This document shows positions 1-8,366 of a stretch of 64,000 nucleotides of DNA, piece by piece (within the stretch, counting starts at the first letter, position 1; each line of letters opens with the position of its first letter). Under the pieces are notes generated by a model. The model made no database searches, was not told where the DNA came from, and worked only from the letters and a program-made list of their open reading frames with translations. A program made the position numbers and the translations under genes. Source of the stretch: Candidatus Woesebacteria bacterium. GTDB lineage: Bacteria > Patescibacteriota > Microgenomatia > UBA8517. The DNA lies in contig CP066686.1 in NCBI GenBank assembly GCA_016432365.1, positions 691,992-755,991 on the forward strand, in the 5' to 3' direction.

Positions 1-1187
1 ATCTTTAACTCCAACAGGTTGTCTATTTGTCTGCATACAGCTTTATACTGTCTTTCTAATGAAACGAATTGGGATTTCTCAAGCTCCTTACGACTGATAT
101 TAGCCATGTTTATCCATTTAACAGCCCAATCAACGAACTCTTTGGAGATTTTAATATTGTTAAGATAATCTGATACCTGTTTTTCAAGTTTATCGTCGCT
201 TATATAACCTTGCTTACATTCTTTATCGCCTTTCTTTGTGCAGCGATAATATGTAAAGATTTGGGAATTTCCGTTCTTATAATGCTTAGTGTGCGTCTCG
301 GCCGTGATCATGCTTCCACATCCTCCGCATCTAATAAGACCAGTAAGAGGAAAGTTGTGAACTTCCTTACGGGGTCTGGACTTGTCGGACATAATTTCCT
401 GAATAAGGTCATATTCCTTCTGAGTAAGCATGGGAACATGTTTCCCTTTATGAATTTTTCCGTTATATAAGAAGCTACCTGTGTAGAAAGGATTCCGGAG
501 TATGTCTGCCATCTGAGATTTGCTAATGTGCTTACCACCCCGGTTGTTTGTAATACCCATTTCTTTGGCTTTAATGGAAAGACTTTCAAGGCTAAAGTTG
601 CCTGTCATTGCAATTTCAAATAACCTTCTCATAAGCGGAAAATTGATTGGGTCTGGAATAATGTCTCTTTCGCCCTGCCTTTTGGCTGTGTCGTTTACAT
701 AACCAACAGGTGCAAGTATTGGGGCAAGACCTTTCTCAATCTTTGAATTAAGACCTCTTAGAGTGTCTTTCTTAAGTTTCATAATAAATTCATTGGCAAA
801 TCCTCCGTCTATAGACATCAAAAGGGCTGAATCCTCAATCCTATAAATTCTGGATGATGTTACGATTTCCTGAATTTTACCTTCCTGTAAGAGCCATTGA
901 AGAGCTCCGGTGTCAACAGGATTTCTAGTTAATCTATTTAATTCCCAAGCGATTATGCCTTTTATATCAACCCGTCCATTGATCAAGCTAATCATCTCGT
1001 TAAAACTCTCTCTTCCCGGCTCCTTTGCACTTTTACTTTCCGAGAATGTTCTATAAATCTTCAAACCCAATCTCATTGCTTTTAGCCGATTTTCCCTTAC
1101 TTGGTCATCAATGCTCTGTATTTGCCTATCCTCCCCTTCGCTGGATTTACGACAATACATGATGTATTTTCCTGTATTAATATTCAT
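1..1187 (-). CDS. Large serine recombinase (resolvase + recombinase domains); 3' end runs off the left window edge; absent from the ORF track
   Basis: Manual translation from ATG 1187: MNINTGKYIMYCRKSSEGEDRQIQSIDDQ...ESKSAKEPGRESFNEM...IIAWELNRLTRN...GLAPILAPVGYVN...LRNPFYTG. These are the canonical YxRxS, S-A/G...R, N/DRLxR, P-x-GY and NPxYxG motifs. Confidence 0.93.
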   Translation of the reverse strand, partial: MNINTGKYIMYCRKSSEGEDRQIQSIDDQVRENRLKAMRLGLKIYRTFSESKSAKEPGRESFNEMISLINGRVDIKGIIAWELNRLTRNPVDTGALQWLLQEGKIQEIVTSSRIYRIEDSALLMSIDGGFANEFIMKLKKDTLRGLNSKIEKGLAPILAPVGYVNDTAKRQGERDIIPDPINFPLMRRLFEIAMTGNFSLESLSIKAKEMGITNNRGGKHISKSQMADILRNPFYTGSFLYNGKIHKGKHVPMLTQKEYDLIQEIMSDKSRPRKEVHNFPLTGLIRCGGCGSMITAETHTKHYKNGNSQIFTYYRCTKKGDKECKQGYISDDKLEKQVSDYLNNIKISKEFVDWAVKWINMANISRKELEKSQFVSLERQYKAVCRQIDNLLELK

Positions 1188-1215
1188 GCCATATTAGTAA
1201 TACTTCCATTTAAGC

Positions 1216-1386
1216 TCAAAATAACTCTTTTACAAGTTTCTCCGGGTTCTTGGCGAATAAAACTAAAAATAGGTGCATTAGGGAAACTGCTCTTTCAGTT
1301 GCCACCTTATCACTTAAATGCTTCCCGTATTTACTAAGGAAGATATCTTTCAGTTCTTTAACAGCCATTTTATTGATTATTGCCAT
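1216..1386 (-). CDS. Small 56-aa helical protein directly upstream of the recombinase (candidate directionality/accessory factor); absent from the ORF track
   Basis: MAIINKMAVKELKDIFLSKYGKHLSDKVATERAVSLMHLFLVLFAKNPEKLVKELF*. Its start overlaps the end of 1370..1567 and is preceded by a GGAG SD-like sequence. Confidence 0.7.
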   Translation of the reverse strand: MAIINKMAVKELKDIFLSKYGKHLSDKVATERAVSLMHLFLVLFAKNPEKLVKELF

Positions 1387-1567
1387 TTTGGTCTCCTTTC
1401 ACTGCCAGAACCTCAGCTAGAACCTCTTCCAGAAGCCCCTTAATGGATTGTTTGGCCGCCTTCGCCCGTTTCTTGAGTAGTTGGTGCAGTCCGGCATCTA
1501 TAAGCACCTGTTTTGTCGTTTTAGTATCTATTTTAGCTTCAGATGGTGTATTTCTCGGTTTAAACAT
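1370..1567 (-). CDS. Small ribbon-helix-helix-like DNA-binding protein
   Basis: TKQVLIDAGLHQLLKKRAKAAKQSIKGLLEEVL fits the strand-helix-helix (CopG/Arc-like) pattern. Confidence 0.55.
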   Translation of the reverse strand: MFKPRNTPSEAKIDTKTTKQVLIDAGLHQLLKKRAKAAKQSIKGLLEEVLAEVLAVKGDQNGNNQ

Positions 1568-1694
1568 GACTTAGAAATTAACCTTTGAACTATGTAATAT
1601 AGGTAATCTACTTTTGGAAACCTTCGGATTATTAGTGTCTATGTAATCTATATAGCTAGTCATATATGTTTTATTTCTTATAAGGGTGAACATA

Positions 1695-2042
1695 TTAGAA
1701 TGGGATATCTATTTCCTCTTCCTTAATTTCCTCTTCCGGCAATTCGTTAGCTGACTCTTTGATGAGATAGTCCTGATACTGTCTGAGAATTTCGGCGTGA
1801 ATTTTCTGCCAATCACTTTTATCATCGGTGCGGAATAGTTGTCGGAAACCGAACTTTGTAGGATAACTCGGAGGAGTCACAAAATCTTTGCCTGAATTAT
1901 CTGTTAATATTTTGAAGCCTTTTAACCAGAAGTTATTAAAATGAATGTCAGCCCTCATCTTTACCTTGGTGTTTGACGACTTTATTGGAACAAAGCGTAT
2001 TTCTTTTATTTCAAGAGTTATTTCCATAATTATTTCCTCCAT
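1695..2042 (-). CDS. SpoVG-like nucleic-acid-binding protein with acidic ...DIPF tail
   Basis: EIKEIRF...ADIHFNNFWLKGFKIL...FVTPPS resembles SpoVG; the C-terminal EEEIDIPF resembles an SSB tail. Confidence 0.6.
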   Translation of the reverse strand: MEEIIMEITLEIKEIRFVPIKSSNTKVKMRADIHFNNFWLKGFKILTDNSGKDFVTPPSYPTKFGFRQLFRTDDKSDWQKIHAEILRQYQDYLIKESANELPEEEIKEEEIDIPF

Positions 2043-2280
2043 CTTTCATTTCAAAAACACGATCCTTGAATGTGTCTACTGCGTCTAACAAATCTTTTGG
2101 CTGGACAAGGGGGGCCTTACGACTTGAGAATTGATTAACCAATTCATCACACTCCCGTTTAGGAGAAAAACGAAAGAACATAATTGAACCGGATTTTCTA
2201 ACTCCGAGGAAAGTTACTGACTCTTGCGTAAGCAGGAAGGGCACTATTTTGCGGTCTTTGCTCTCATAGACATCTTTCAT
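2011..2280 (-). CDS. DUF5659-like small phage/island protein
   Basis: YESKDxKIVPFLL...FFRF...VQPKDLLDAVDTFKDRVF pattern recalled for DUF5659. Confidence 0.5.
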   Translation of the reverse strand: MKDVYESKDRKIVPFLLTQESVTFLGVRKSGSIMFFRFSPKRECDELVNQFSSRKAPLVQPKDLLDAVDTFKDRVFEMKDGGNNYGNNS

Positions 2281-2357
2281 AGTTTTACTAATCTGTTTAA
2301 ATCTTAAAACTAGGAAGCTTCAGCAAACTTCAGTGAAACATTGGTGAAAATACGAAG

Positions 2358-2891
2358 CTAATTTTGATAGTCGGTGTTCAGGGTGACTGTTTTTGTTGTT
2401 ACACTTATAAAACCGGTATTTGAAGATTTATCTTTAACTAGCTTGTTGATTGCTCTTGCTGCGTTGTAGACTTCACGCCAGCCCTTTATGTTATCTATAT
2501 TATCTAGTTCCTCCCCCTGAAATTCAAATATCTCATCCCAACTCCAAGTTTTCTTGCCTTGCCGGGCGAGTTTCTTTTCCTTAGTCTCAAGATCTTTAAG
2601 AATATTGTCATATTTCAAAAACAACACTTTACATAGGCGATGTTGATTGCTATCTGGCGGAATTTCTATATAACTATTGAACACATTTAGGCTGTGTTTT
2701 ATCTCGTCGTAAATATCTGTTGAGAAAGTATATTTACTGATTGGTTTAAGGAATGGTGACTTTATCTTTATATCTACTGCACCGGGTAAATTAAAGTCGG
2801 GTTTTCCGTATAATTCCGGTTCCTTCCCTTGTTTACGAAGCTCTTCATTATAGGCAAGATAGGCTAAATAGTCGTTGGTATTCATACTCAT
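2358..2891 (-). CDS. Hypothetical protein with C-terminal winged-helix-like DNA-binding domain
   Basis: NQHRLCKVLF...WSWDEIFE...WREVYNAARAINKLVK...FISVT resembles an OmpR-like wHTH. Confidence 0.45.
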   Translation of the reverse strand: MSMNTNDYLAYLAYNEELRKQGKEPELYGKPDFNLPGAVDIKIKSPFLKPISKYTFSTDIYDEIKHSLNVFNSYIEIPPDSNQHRLCKVLFLKYDNILKDLETKEKKLARQGKKTWSWDEIFEFQGEELDNIDNIKGWREVYNAARAINKLVKDKSSNTGFISVTTKTVTLNTDYQN

Positions 2892-2993
2892 AGTTCATTT
2901 TCAATACTTTAGGCATTTTAACTTATTCAACGGGAAATAAGTTAATGTGTCACGAGATCTATGTTCGTGCCCAGACTTGGCTAACACCTAAAC

Positions 2994-3452
2994 TTAAAGA
3001 GCCTGCTTTCTCAAGAATTCCTTAAGTTTGTTATTAAATTTTGATCGTTCCACCTCACCAACTTTAAAGAAATTAAATTGCCTATTATTAACCAATACTT
3101 CTGGTGGTTTTGTAACGCCTACAATTTCATTTAGCATCTTAACAAATATCGCCCTAGCCGACCAATCTGGATGTACTATGGCGTCCTTGCCGAACAGTTT
3201 GGTTGCTTCTAAGCCGTTGAGAGTAGTGTCAGCTAATTTATCCGCCAGATGCAATTTATATTTACATAAACTCAATTTATCAAGTTTCTGAAGATAAGCT
3301 TTAGCACCTGAAGTCCCAACGAGGTTTTGCTTCGGATTTAATGCTGTTACTCGTGAATAACCGGCCTCTCTCATAGCAACCCCGGCCGACTTACCTTCAA
3401 TGATTCCGTTAATCGCTGCAACCTGTTTATTTGTGGGCTTGACCTTGTTCAT
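2994..3452 (-). CDS. Terminase small subunit-like HTH protein
   Basis: PTNKQVAAINGIIEGKSAGVAMREAGYSRVTALNP matches the TerS N-terminal 'T.KQ...A...AGYS..TA' motif. Confidence 0.55.
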   Translation of the reverse strand: MNKVKPTNKQVAAINGIIEGKSAGVAMREAGYSRVTALNPKQNLVGTSGAKAYLQKLDKLSLCKYKLHLADKLADTTLNGLEATKLFGKDAIVHPDWSARAIFVKMLNEIVGVTKPPEVLVNNRQFNFFKVGEVERSKFNNKLKEFLRKQAL

Positions 3453-3495
3453 ATACCAATTATACCAATTGGTATATTAACTAATTTAGTAGAAA

Positions 3496-3702
3496 TCATA
3501 ACAAACGAAGAATAGGTTCAATAATGACCCACTTCCAGCCAAACCAAACTCCAAAGAATCCGCCAACAACAAACCCCAAGATAGTGACTGCAGCTGCAAT
3601 CGCCACAGGGATCATTAGTGCATAAAAAAAATACTTAATAACCTCGCCGACAAAGTTATAAAGTCTTGGATTGTATTTAAATAACTTATTTTGAAATCCC
3701 AT
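3496..3702 (-). CDS. Small membrane protein
   Basis: 68 aa with a long hydrophobic segment; divergent from the XRE gene. Confidence 0.55.
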   Translation of the reverse strand: MGFQNKLFKYNPRLYNFVGEVIKYFFYALMIPVAIAAAVTILGFVVGGFFGVWFGWKWVIIEPILRLL

Positions 3703-3733
3703 AAATAATTACTCACACCTTAAGGCCAATATC

Positions 3734-3770
3734 TGGAATATATTTCCTGTTCATTCTGGCATATATTCCA
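3734..3770. promoter_or_regulatory. Tandem 14-bp palindromic operator pair (C-box-like)
   Basis: TGGAATATATTTCC (3734-3747) and TGGCATATATTCCA (3757-3770) are both near-copies of the palindrome TGGAATATATTCCA, just upstream of the XRE gene. Confidence 0.65.
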
Positions 3771-3783
3771 TAAGCTTTCAAAT

Positions 3784-3990
3784 ATGGGAACAATTTATGG
3801 AAAACTTGGAGTGAATATAAAGAAGACAAGAAGAAAAATAGGCATATCTCAGGAAGAACTTGCTGAGAAAGCTAAGATTGATCCGAAATCAATTGTCCAG
3901 ATAGAAGCCGGTAAACGAAATCCTACTCTAAAAACAATCAGAAAGATTGCTTCCTCTTTGAAAATAAAGTTGGGTGATCTGCTAGATTAG
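3784..3990 (+). CDS. XRE-family HTH regulator (controller C-protein-like)
   Basis: LGVNIKKTRRKIGISQEELAEKA...QIEAGKRNPTLKTIRKIASSL is a classic HTH_3. Confidence 0.92.
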   Translation: MGTIYGKLGVNIKKTRRKIGISQEELAEKAKIDPKSIVQIEAGKRNPTLKTIRKIASSLKIKLGDLLD

Positions 3991-5258
3991 TTATAGAACC
4001 AGTCCCATTCGGGATTATCAACTTCAACTATCTTGCTTTTGAGCATTTTAAATACACCATCCTCCTTAATTGTCTTCCAAGTTCCTTCGTAATAATGCAT
4101 TTCAGCTTCACCATCTACCCAATTCTTTGTAGAGAATTTTACTAAAACTGTATCGTTTGAGTTGTCGTATTTTTCCGATTTGAAAATATCTACATCCAGA
4201 ATATCTTTAAATCTGCTTGTCCATTCCTCATAATTGGTTTTAAGAAGATATTCTTTACTGAGTAGGCTGAATCCATCCTTCATTCGCCTTGCTTTTAAGT
4301 ATGTATAAAACGCCTTTACCGCCTCTTCAGGAGATATTGATGGATCTACTTCAATCTTGGTGATTCCTTGGTCAGAAAAGCTAGGGATTAGCGACTTGGC
4401 ATCAGAACCTGTAATAAACAATGACAATCCGGCAAGACTTAATGTGTTGATTCCCACAACTTTGCCACATTGATCCGCTATTGCACCGCCACTCATTCCT
4501 TGAACGAGACTTATATTCGTTTGAATATACCCTACAGGTGAGGTTTTAGGTTTTCTAAAGTCCACGAAATTTCCTCTTAAAACTGTTGCCTTTCCACTTA
4601 AATCAGTCCCCAAAGGGTATCCGGCAGCGACTAGGGGTTCTTCAGTATAAAATCCAATTTGATCAGGAAGGGGTAAAACAAGGTTAGTGTATTTGCTTTC
4701 AGTAAACAACAAGGCTAGATCTGCATCCTTATTACCAATAATCTTAGTGGGAGTTAAGAATTTACCGTCGGGAAGAATTATTTTAGGGCTTGGTTCATCA
4801 GCTATAACATGGAAGTTAGTAATAATTTGGTTATCCGCAATAAAGAAGCCTGATCCCTCAGAATAACCACCGACAACTCTTACGACGGAGTTCTGAAGCT
4901 TGTCATGAATTCCGATTGAACACATAAATTTTCCCCACCAACCATATTGCTTAGTCAGATAGTCTCCAATAACGAACAAGGAAGCAACAAGATATAGACC
5001 AACAGCAGCGATGAAAATAGATTTAAGGAAATTCTTAAGACTTTTGAAAGGAAATTTTATACAATCCCAAATCAAGCCTAATATTGCAAACAAAAGTTTG
5101 ACTAAGAATTTAATTAAATAATAGGTTGAATATGTGACTAATTTAATTGGAAATAAATAGATTGGAAAAACAAGCCTTTTAAAGTAAGCCTTAGCCCTAA
5201 GAATGAGATTTTTAAATACAGATGTTATTTTATTTGAAGCTCTTGCAAAAATATCCAT
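3987..5258 (-). CDS. Membrane-anchored trypsin-like (S1C/HtrA-like) serine protease
   Basis: GSGFFI, ITNFHVI (His), DADLALL (Asp), GYPLG, GMSGG (Ser); hydrophobic N-terminus. Confidence 0.88.
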   Translation of the reverse strand: MDIFARASNKITSVFKNLILRAKAYFKRLVFPIYLFPIKLVTYSTYYLIKFLVKLLFAILGLIWDCIKFPFKSLKNFLKSIFIAAVGLYLVASLFVIGDYLTKQYGWWGKFMCSIGIHDKLQNSVVRVVGGYSEGSGFFIADNQIITNFHVIADEPSPKIILPDGKFLTPTKIIGNKDADLALLFTESKYTNLVLPLPDQIGFYTEEPLVAAGYPLGTDLSGKATVLRGNFVDFRKPKTSPVGYIQTNISLVQGMSGGAIADQCGKVVGINTLSLAGLSLFITGSDAKSLIPSFSDQGITKIEVDPSISPEEAVKAFYTYLKARRMKDGFSLLSKEYLLKTNYEEWTSRFKDILDVDIFKSEKYDNSNDTVLVKFSTKNWVDGEAEMHYYEGTWKTIKEDGVFKMLKSKIVEVDNPEWDWFYN

Positions 5259-5332
5259 ATAGATAAACCTGAATATTGCCTGTGAAAATTATACTACTTT
5301 ACTTTAGACCGTTTCGTATTATATTCAAGTTG

Positions 5333-5690
5333 AAGCTCTTTAAATAGCTGGCGAGGATAACCTTCCGGCCTAATTTGAGTGTTAGTCTAGCTCAGCCTCC
5401 TTCGCAAGGGCAAATAATTTGTCTTTGCGTGGGGGAAGCTGCAGCTAGCTTCTCACATTAGAAAGGAGGGTAAAAGTATGGTCAGATATGAGATTCATTT
5501 GAATCGTGCTGGCGAATACTGGTGGCAACTTGTCGCCGCAAACAATCAAATTGTTTGTTGGAGTGAGGGTTATGTAACCAAGCAAGCTGCAATTGACTCA
5601 ATTAATTGGGTCAAACGCTGGGGTTCTTCAGTTCCCATTCAAGATCTAACCTAAAGTTAGATCAAACCTCGTCAGCTCTTTGAAGAGCTT
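5333..5690 (+). ncRNA. Predicted fold-back structured transcript enclosing the DUF1508 mini-gene
   Basis: 5333-5356 pairs with 5667-5690 (with G-U pairs); ~90-nt hairpin 5370-5461; hairpin GATCTAAC/GTTAGATC spanning the stop codon. Confidence 0.6.
5478..5654 (+). CDS. DUF1508/YegP-family 58-aa protein; absent from the ORF track
   Basis: MVRYEIHLNRAGEYWWQLVAANNQIVCWSEGYVTKQAAIDSINWVKRWGSSVPIQDLT*. Motif Y/F-E-I...G-x-Y-x-W-x-L-x-A-x-N...SEGY; strong SD AAAGGAGG at 5462-5469. Confidence 0.88.
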   Translation: MVRYEIHLNRAGEYWWQLVAANNQIVCWSEGYVTKQAAIDSINWVKRWGSSVPIQDLT

Positions 5691-5776
5691 AAAGTTACAT
5701 TTAGTATTAACTAATAGTTTTTAAAAGTAAATATTAAAAGATGTTAGAATAAGACTGAGGTCTTTTTCTTTTAAAT

Positions 5777-6727
5777 ATGGATAAATATAAAATTTTCTAC
5801 GATGCTTTCCAAGAAGCCAAATGGTTTCAAGATCTTAATAAAGAATTCGCTGAAGCAGAACTCCTCCCAATTAATCAAGCAAAGGAACCTGAAGTTTTAC
5901 GACTTCTTAGATATGATAAGCCAGACATAATTTTATTAAAGAATGATAAAGCTGTTTTAGCATTAGAAAAGACTACAGAGGTTCCTACCGGACACAATGT
6001 CGGACAAAGGTTTGCTCGCATAGTCTGTTCTGCTGAAGAGAAGGTCCCGTTTATATATTTCTTCCCTTTCTTAGCCATGAAACACGGAACTTATGCATCT
6101 GCCTGTTGGGTCAATGCCAGATTACTAGAAGCAATGCAGAAACTAAGTAAGATTCATTCCGTTCCAATAATGGCTATTAATTGGGAGTGTGATAAAGAAT
6201 ACGAGTTGATTAGAGATGGGTCACAAGATTTGTTTCTTAAGGCCGTTGTAGATGATTTTATTAAACATGATTATAAGGGGGACATTCCAATTCTAGAGAA
6301 GGTTCATGAAGTAATGAAGACGAAATTTGATGAGGCTTTGACAAGACATCCTCAGTATTCAGACTTACCACCAACCGCAAGAGAGGTTATAACAAAAGAG
6401 TATTTGGAAAGTCTTTCAGCAAAATACAAAGGGAAAGACTTTAGTAAGTTATTAACCAGAGAGAAATCAATTGTATACGACATAGGAATGAAATATGTGA
6501 GATCTGATCCATATACTGGCACTCAACTAATTTATGATTATCTTTTAGCCCGTCAGGGTGCAACTCCGAAGGAGCGAAGTATGAATATACTTCTAAGGAT
6601 GCCTGATATATCCAAAGCATTGTGGGACAAAGCTTCTACAAACAAAAACAGAAAAGATATTAAGCTTTATACAAAATTTGCAGATTTAATTGAACTATCT
6701 GACGACGCCATTATTATTTATGAGTGA
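5777..6727 (+). CDS. Restriction endonuclease, BtsI-like large subunit
   Basis: YDKPDIIL...EKTTEVPTGHNVGQRFARI...KHG...GMKYVRSDPYTG closely matches my recollection of the BtsI large (B) subunit; PD...ExT catalytic motif. Confidence 0.8.
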   Translation: MDKYKIFYDAFQEAKWFQDLNKEFAEAELLPINQAKEPEVLRLLRYDKPDIILLKNDKAVLALEKTTEVPTGHNVGQRFARIVCSAEEKVPFIYFFPFLAMKHGTYASACWVNARLLEAMQKLSKIHSVPIMAINWECDKEYELIRDGSQDLFLKAVVDDFIKHDYKGDIPILEKVHEVMKTKFDEALTRHPQYSDLPPTAREVITKEYLESLSAKYKGKDFSKLLTREKSIVYDIGMKYVRSDPYTGTQLIYDYLLARQGATPKERSMNILLRMPDISKALWDKASTNKNRKDIKLYTKFADLIELSDDAIIIYE

Positions 6728-7187
6728 GGGTAAAATATATTATTTTCTTAAGAATTACCTATTAAGCAAGGGCTTAACGCTTATTGCAGGTGAACCTCCC
6801 GATGGTTCAGATAATGTTCGTCGTGTGGAAATAAGAAGTAAAAATAGATCCGGAATAGGTAGTAAGGATTCTTACAAGATAGATTTAATATTTCTAAAGG
6901 ACGACAATTTAATACTGATTGAGCTTAAGCCCACATATAATCAGAAAGATATTGATAAGTTAAATACTATTACCACCGAGCGTTTAGATGATCTATTTGA
7001 TGCCTTGAAAGAACGATGCGGAATCACTAAAAGCGAGATTAAAAACATTGTGAAGTGTATTGGTGTTGGAAGTCTGAATAGTCACAATATTCCGTCGGAC
7101 TTTATTGGTTTTGTAGTGAAAGACGAGGGTTTAGTGGATATCCAATATGGAAGCAAAACAGGTAATTTAGCTTTTCTGGAAAATTAA
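6720..7187 (+). CDS. Restriction endonuclease, BtsI-like small subunit
   Basis: MSEGKIYYFLKNYLLSKGLTLIAGEPPDGSD...IDLIFLKDDNLILIELKP..QKDIDKL: PD-(D/E)xK-type motif, similar to the recalled BtsI small (A) subunit. ATG 6720 overlaps the end of the upstream gene. Confidence 0.78.
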   Translation: MSEGKIYYFLKNYLLSKGLTLIAGEPPDGSDNVRRVEIRSKNRSGIGSKDSYKIDLIFLKDDNLILIELKPTYNQKDIDKLNTITTERLDDLFDALKERCGITKSEIKNIVKCIGVGSLNSHNIPSDFIGFVVKDEGLVDIQYGSKTGNLAFLEN

Positions 7188-8366
7188 AATATACTCTTCT
7201 TTCATCTTGCCCATTGTAGTTCTGTGACTACCTCTGGTTACTGTATAGAAATGCTTAAACCCAACCTCATTGGCCATTTGTAAGAATTCGCCGGATAACT
7301 CAATTATTTTACCTTGAACGGTGGGGTGCCCGATTACAATACAACAATATCGTTGATCTTTTAAAACCCTATACATTTCTTGAAATATTAGCTTCATTGA
7401 TTCCATAAAACGGCTTACAACATTCTTATTTCCCCTTTGTCCACCAATTATTTCCTTATCTAAAATTCTAGGATTTAGATACTCTTTGCAATTATCATTA
7501 AAAACATCAGAAAAGCACTCCTTAAGCCAATTTAAAGAAAGCTTTTGATATTCTGCGTATGGAACAGCGGAAATATAAGGTGGATGTGTCACTATCAAAT
7601 CAACAGAATTATTTTTGACGAAGCTCAAATCCCTTGAATCGGAGCAATAGATTTTTGATGAGACTTTCTCAACATGTTTATTAAAAGATTTCATTCCTTC
7701 AACCATTGTTAAAATTTGACGCTCAAAACTTTCCAAAGTGTCTTTGACCAATCGTTTATTTTTGTTAATCATTAAATTGCCATATCCACTATGGGCATTA
7801 GACACTCCCCTCAATGTTGCTGAGAAAGCACAAACAAAGAATTGCTTTAATTCAACAGATTTTATGTTGTTAATCGCATCTTTAATAATTGATAACTCCC
7901 TTAATACCTGCGGTTGAAACCACCTTTCTATGTTTGGAAAGCTGGGTGCATCAGCTTTAATTTTCTTTGCCTTATGAGCGAATAAGGTTTGGCTAGGATT
8001 TTCAAACTCTCTATTTTCTGCGACTTTATTTCTTATATCACTCAAGATATTAGCTACATCTGTATCTAGAACCTCGTCTTTTATTGATGTGGTCTTTACT
8101 TTTGTAATTAGGTAGGCTAATGGATTCAAATCATTTCCTATTGAATTTCTACCTAATAGTTCAGCTTCAACACAAGTTGTGCCACTACCTACAAATACAT
8201 CCAAAACCAATTCTCCTTTCTTAGAATAAATTTCAATTAAGTTTCTCGCTATCTGGGGAATAAACTTAGATGAATATCTGTGAAAGTCGTGAGTATCGTA
8301 TCTTGTATCGTCGGTTAAGAATTCCCAATCAACATTCTTGGTCTTTTCAACTAATAAATTATTCAT
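7167..8366 (-). CDS. Amino-DNA methyltransferase (alpha-type order, probably m4C)
   Basis: Motif I DVFVGSGTT precedes catalytic THPPY; likely start ATG 8366, coupled to the upstream stop. Confidence 0.9.
   Translation of the reverse strand: MNNLLVEKTKNVDWEFLTDDTRYDTHDFHRYSSKFIPQIARNLIEIYSKKGELVLDVFVGSGTTCVEAELLGRNSIGNDLNPLAYLITKVKTTSIKDEVLDTDVANILSDIRNKVAENREFENPSQTLFAHKAKKIKADAPSFPNIERWFQPQVLRELSIIKDAINNIKSVELKQFFVCAFSATLRGVSNAHSGYGNLMINKNKRLVKDTLESFERQILTMVEGMKSFNKHVEKVSSKIYCSDSRDLSFVKNNSVDLIVTHPPYISAVPYAEYQKLSLNWLKECFSDVFNDNCKEYLNPRILDKEIIGGQRGNKNVVSRFMESMKLIFQEMYRVLKDQRYCCIVIGHPTVQGKIIELSGEFLQMANEVGFKHFYTVTRGSHRTTMGKMKEEYILIFQKS

Noticed and set aside
210-1337. Track ORFs 210..470, 308..589, 520..702 and 1101..1337
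   Set aside because: Shadows of the serine recombinase, which the track missed because it runs off the window edge
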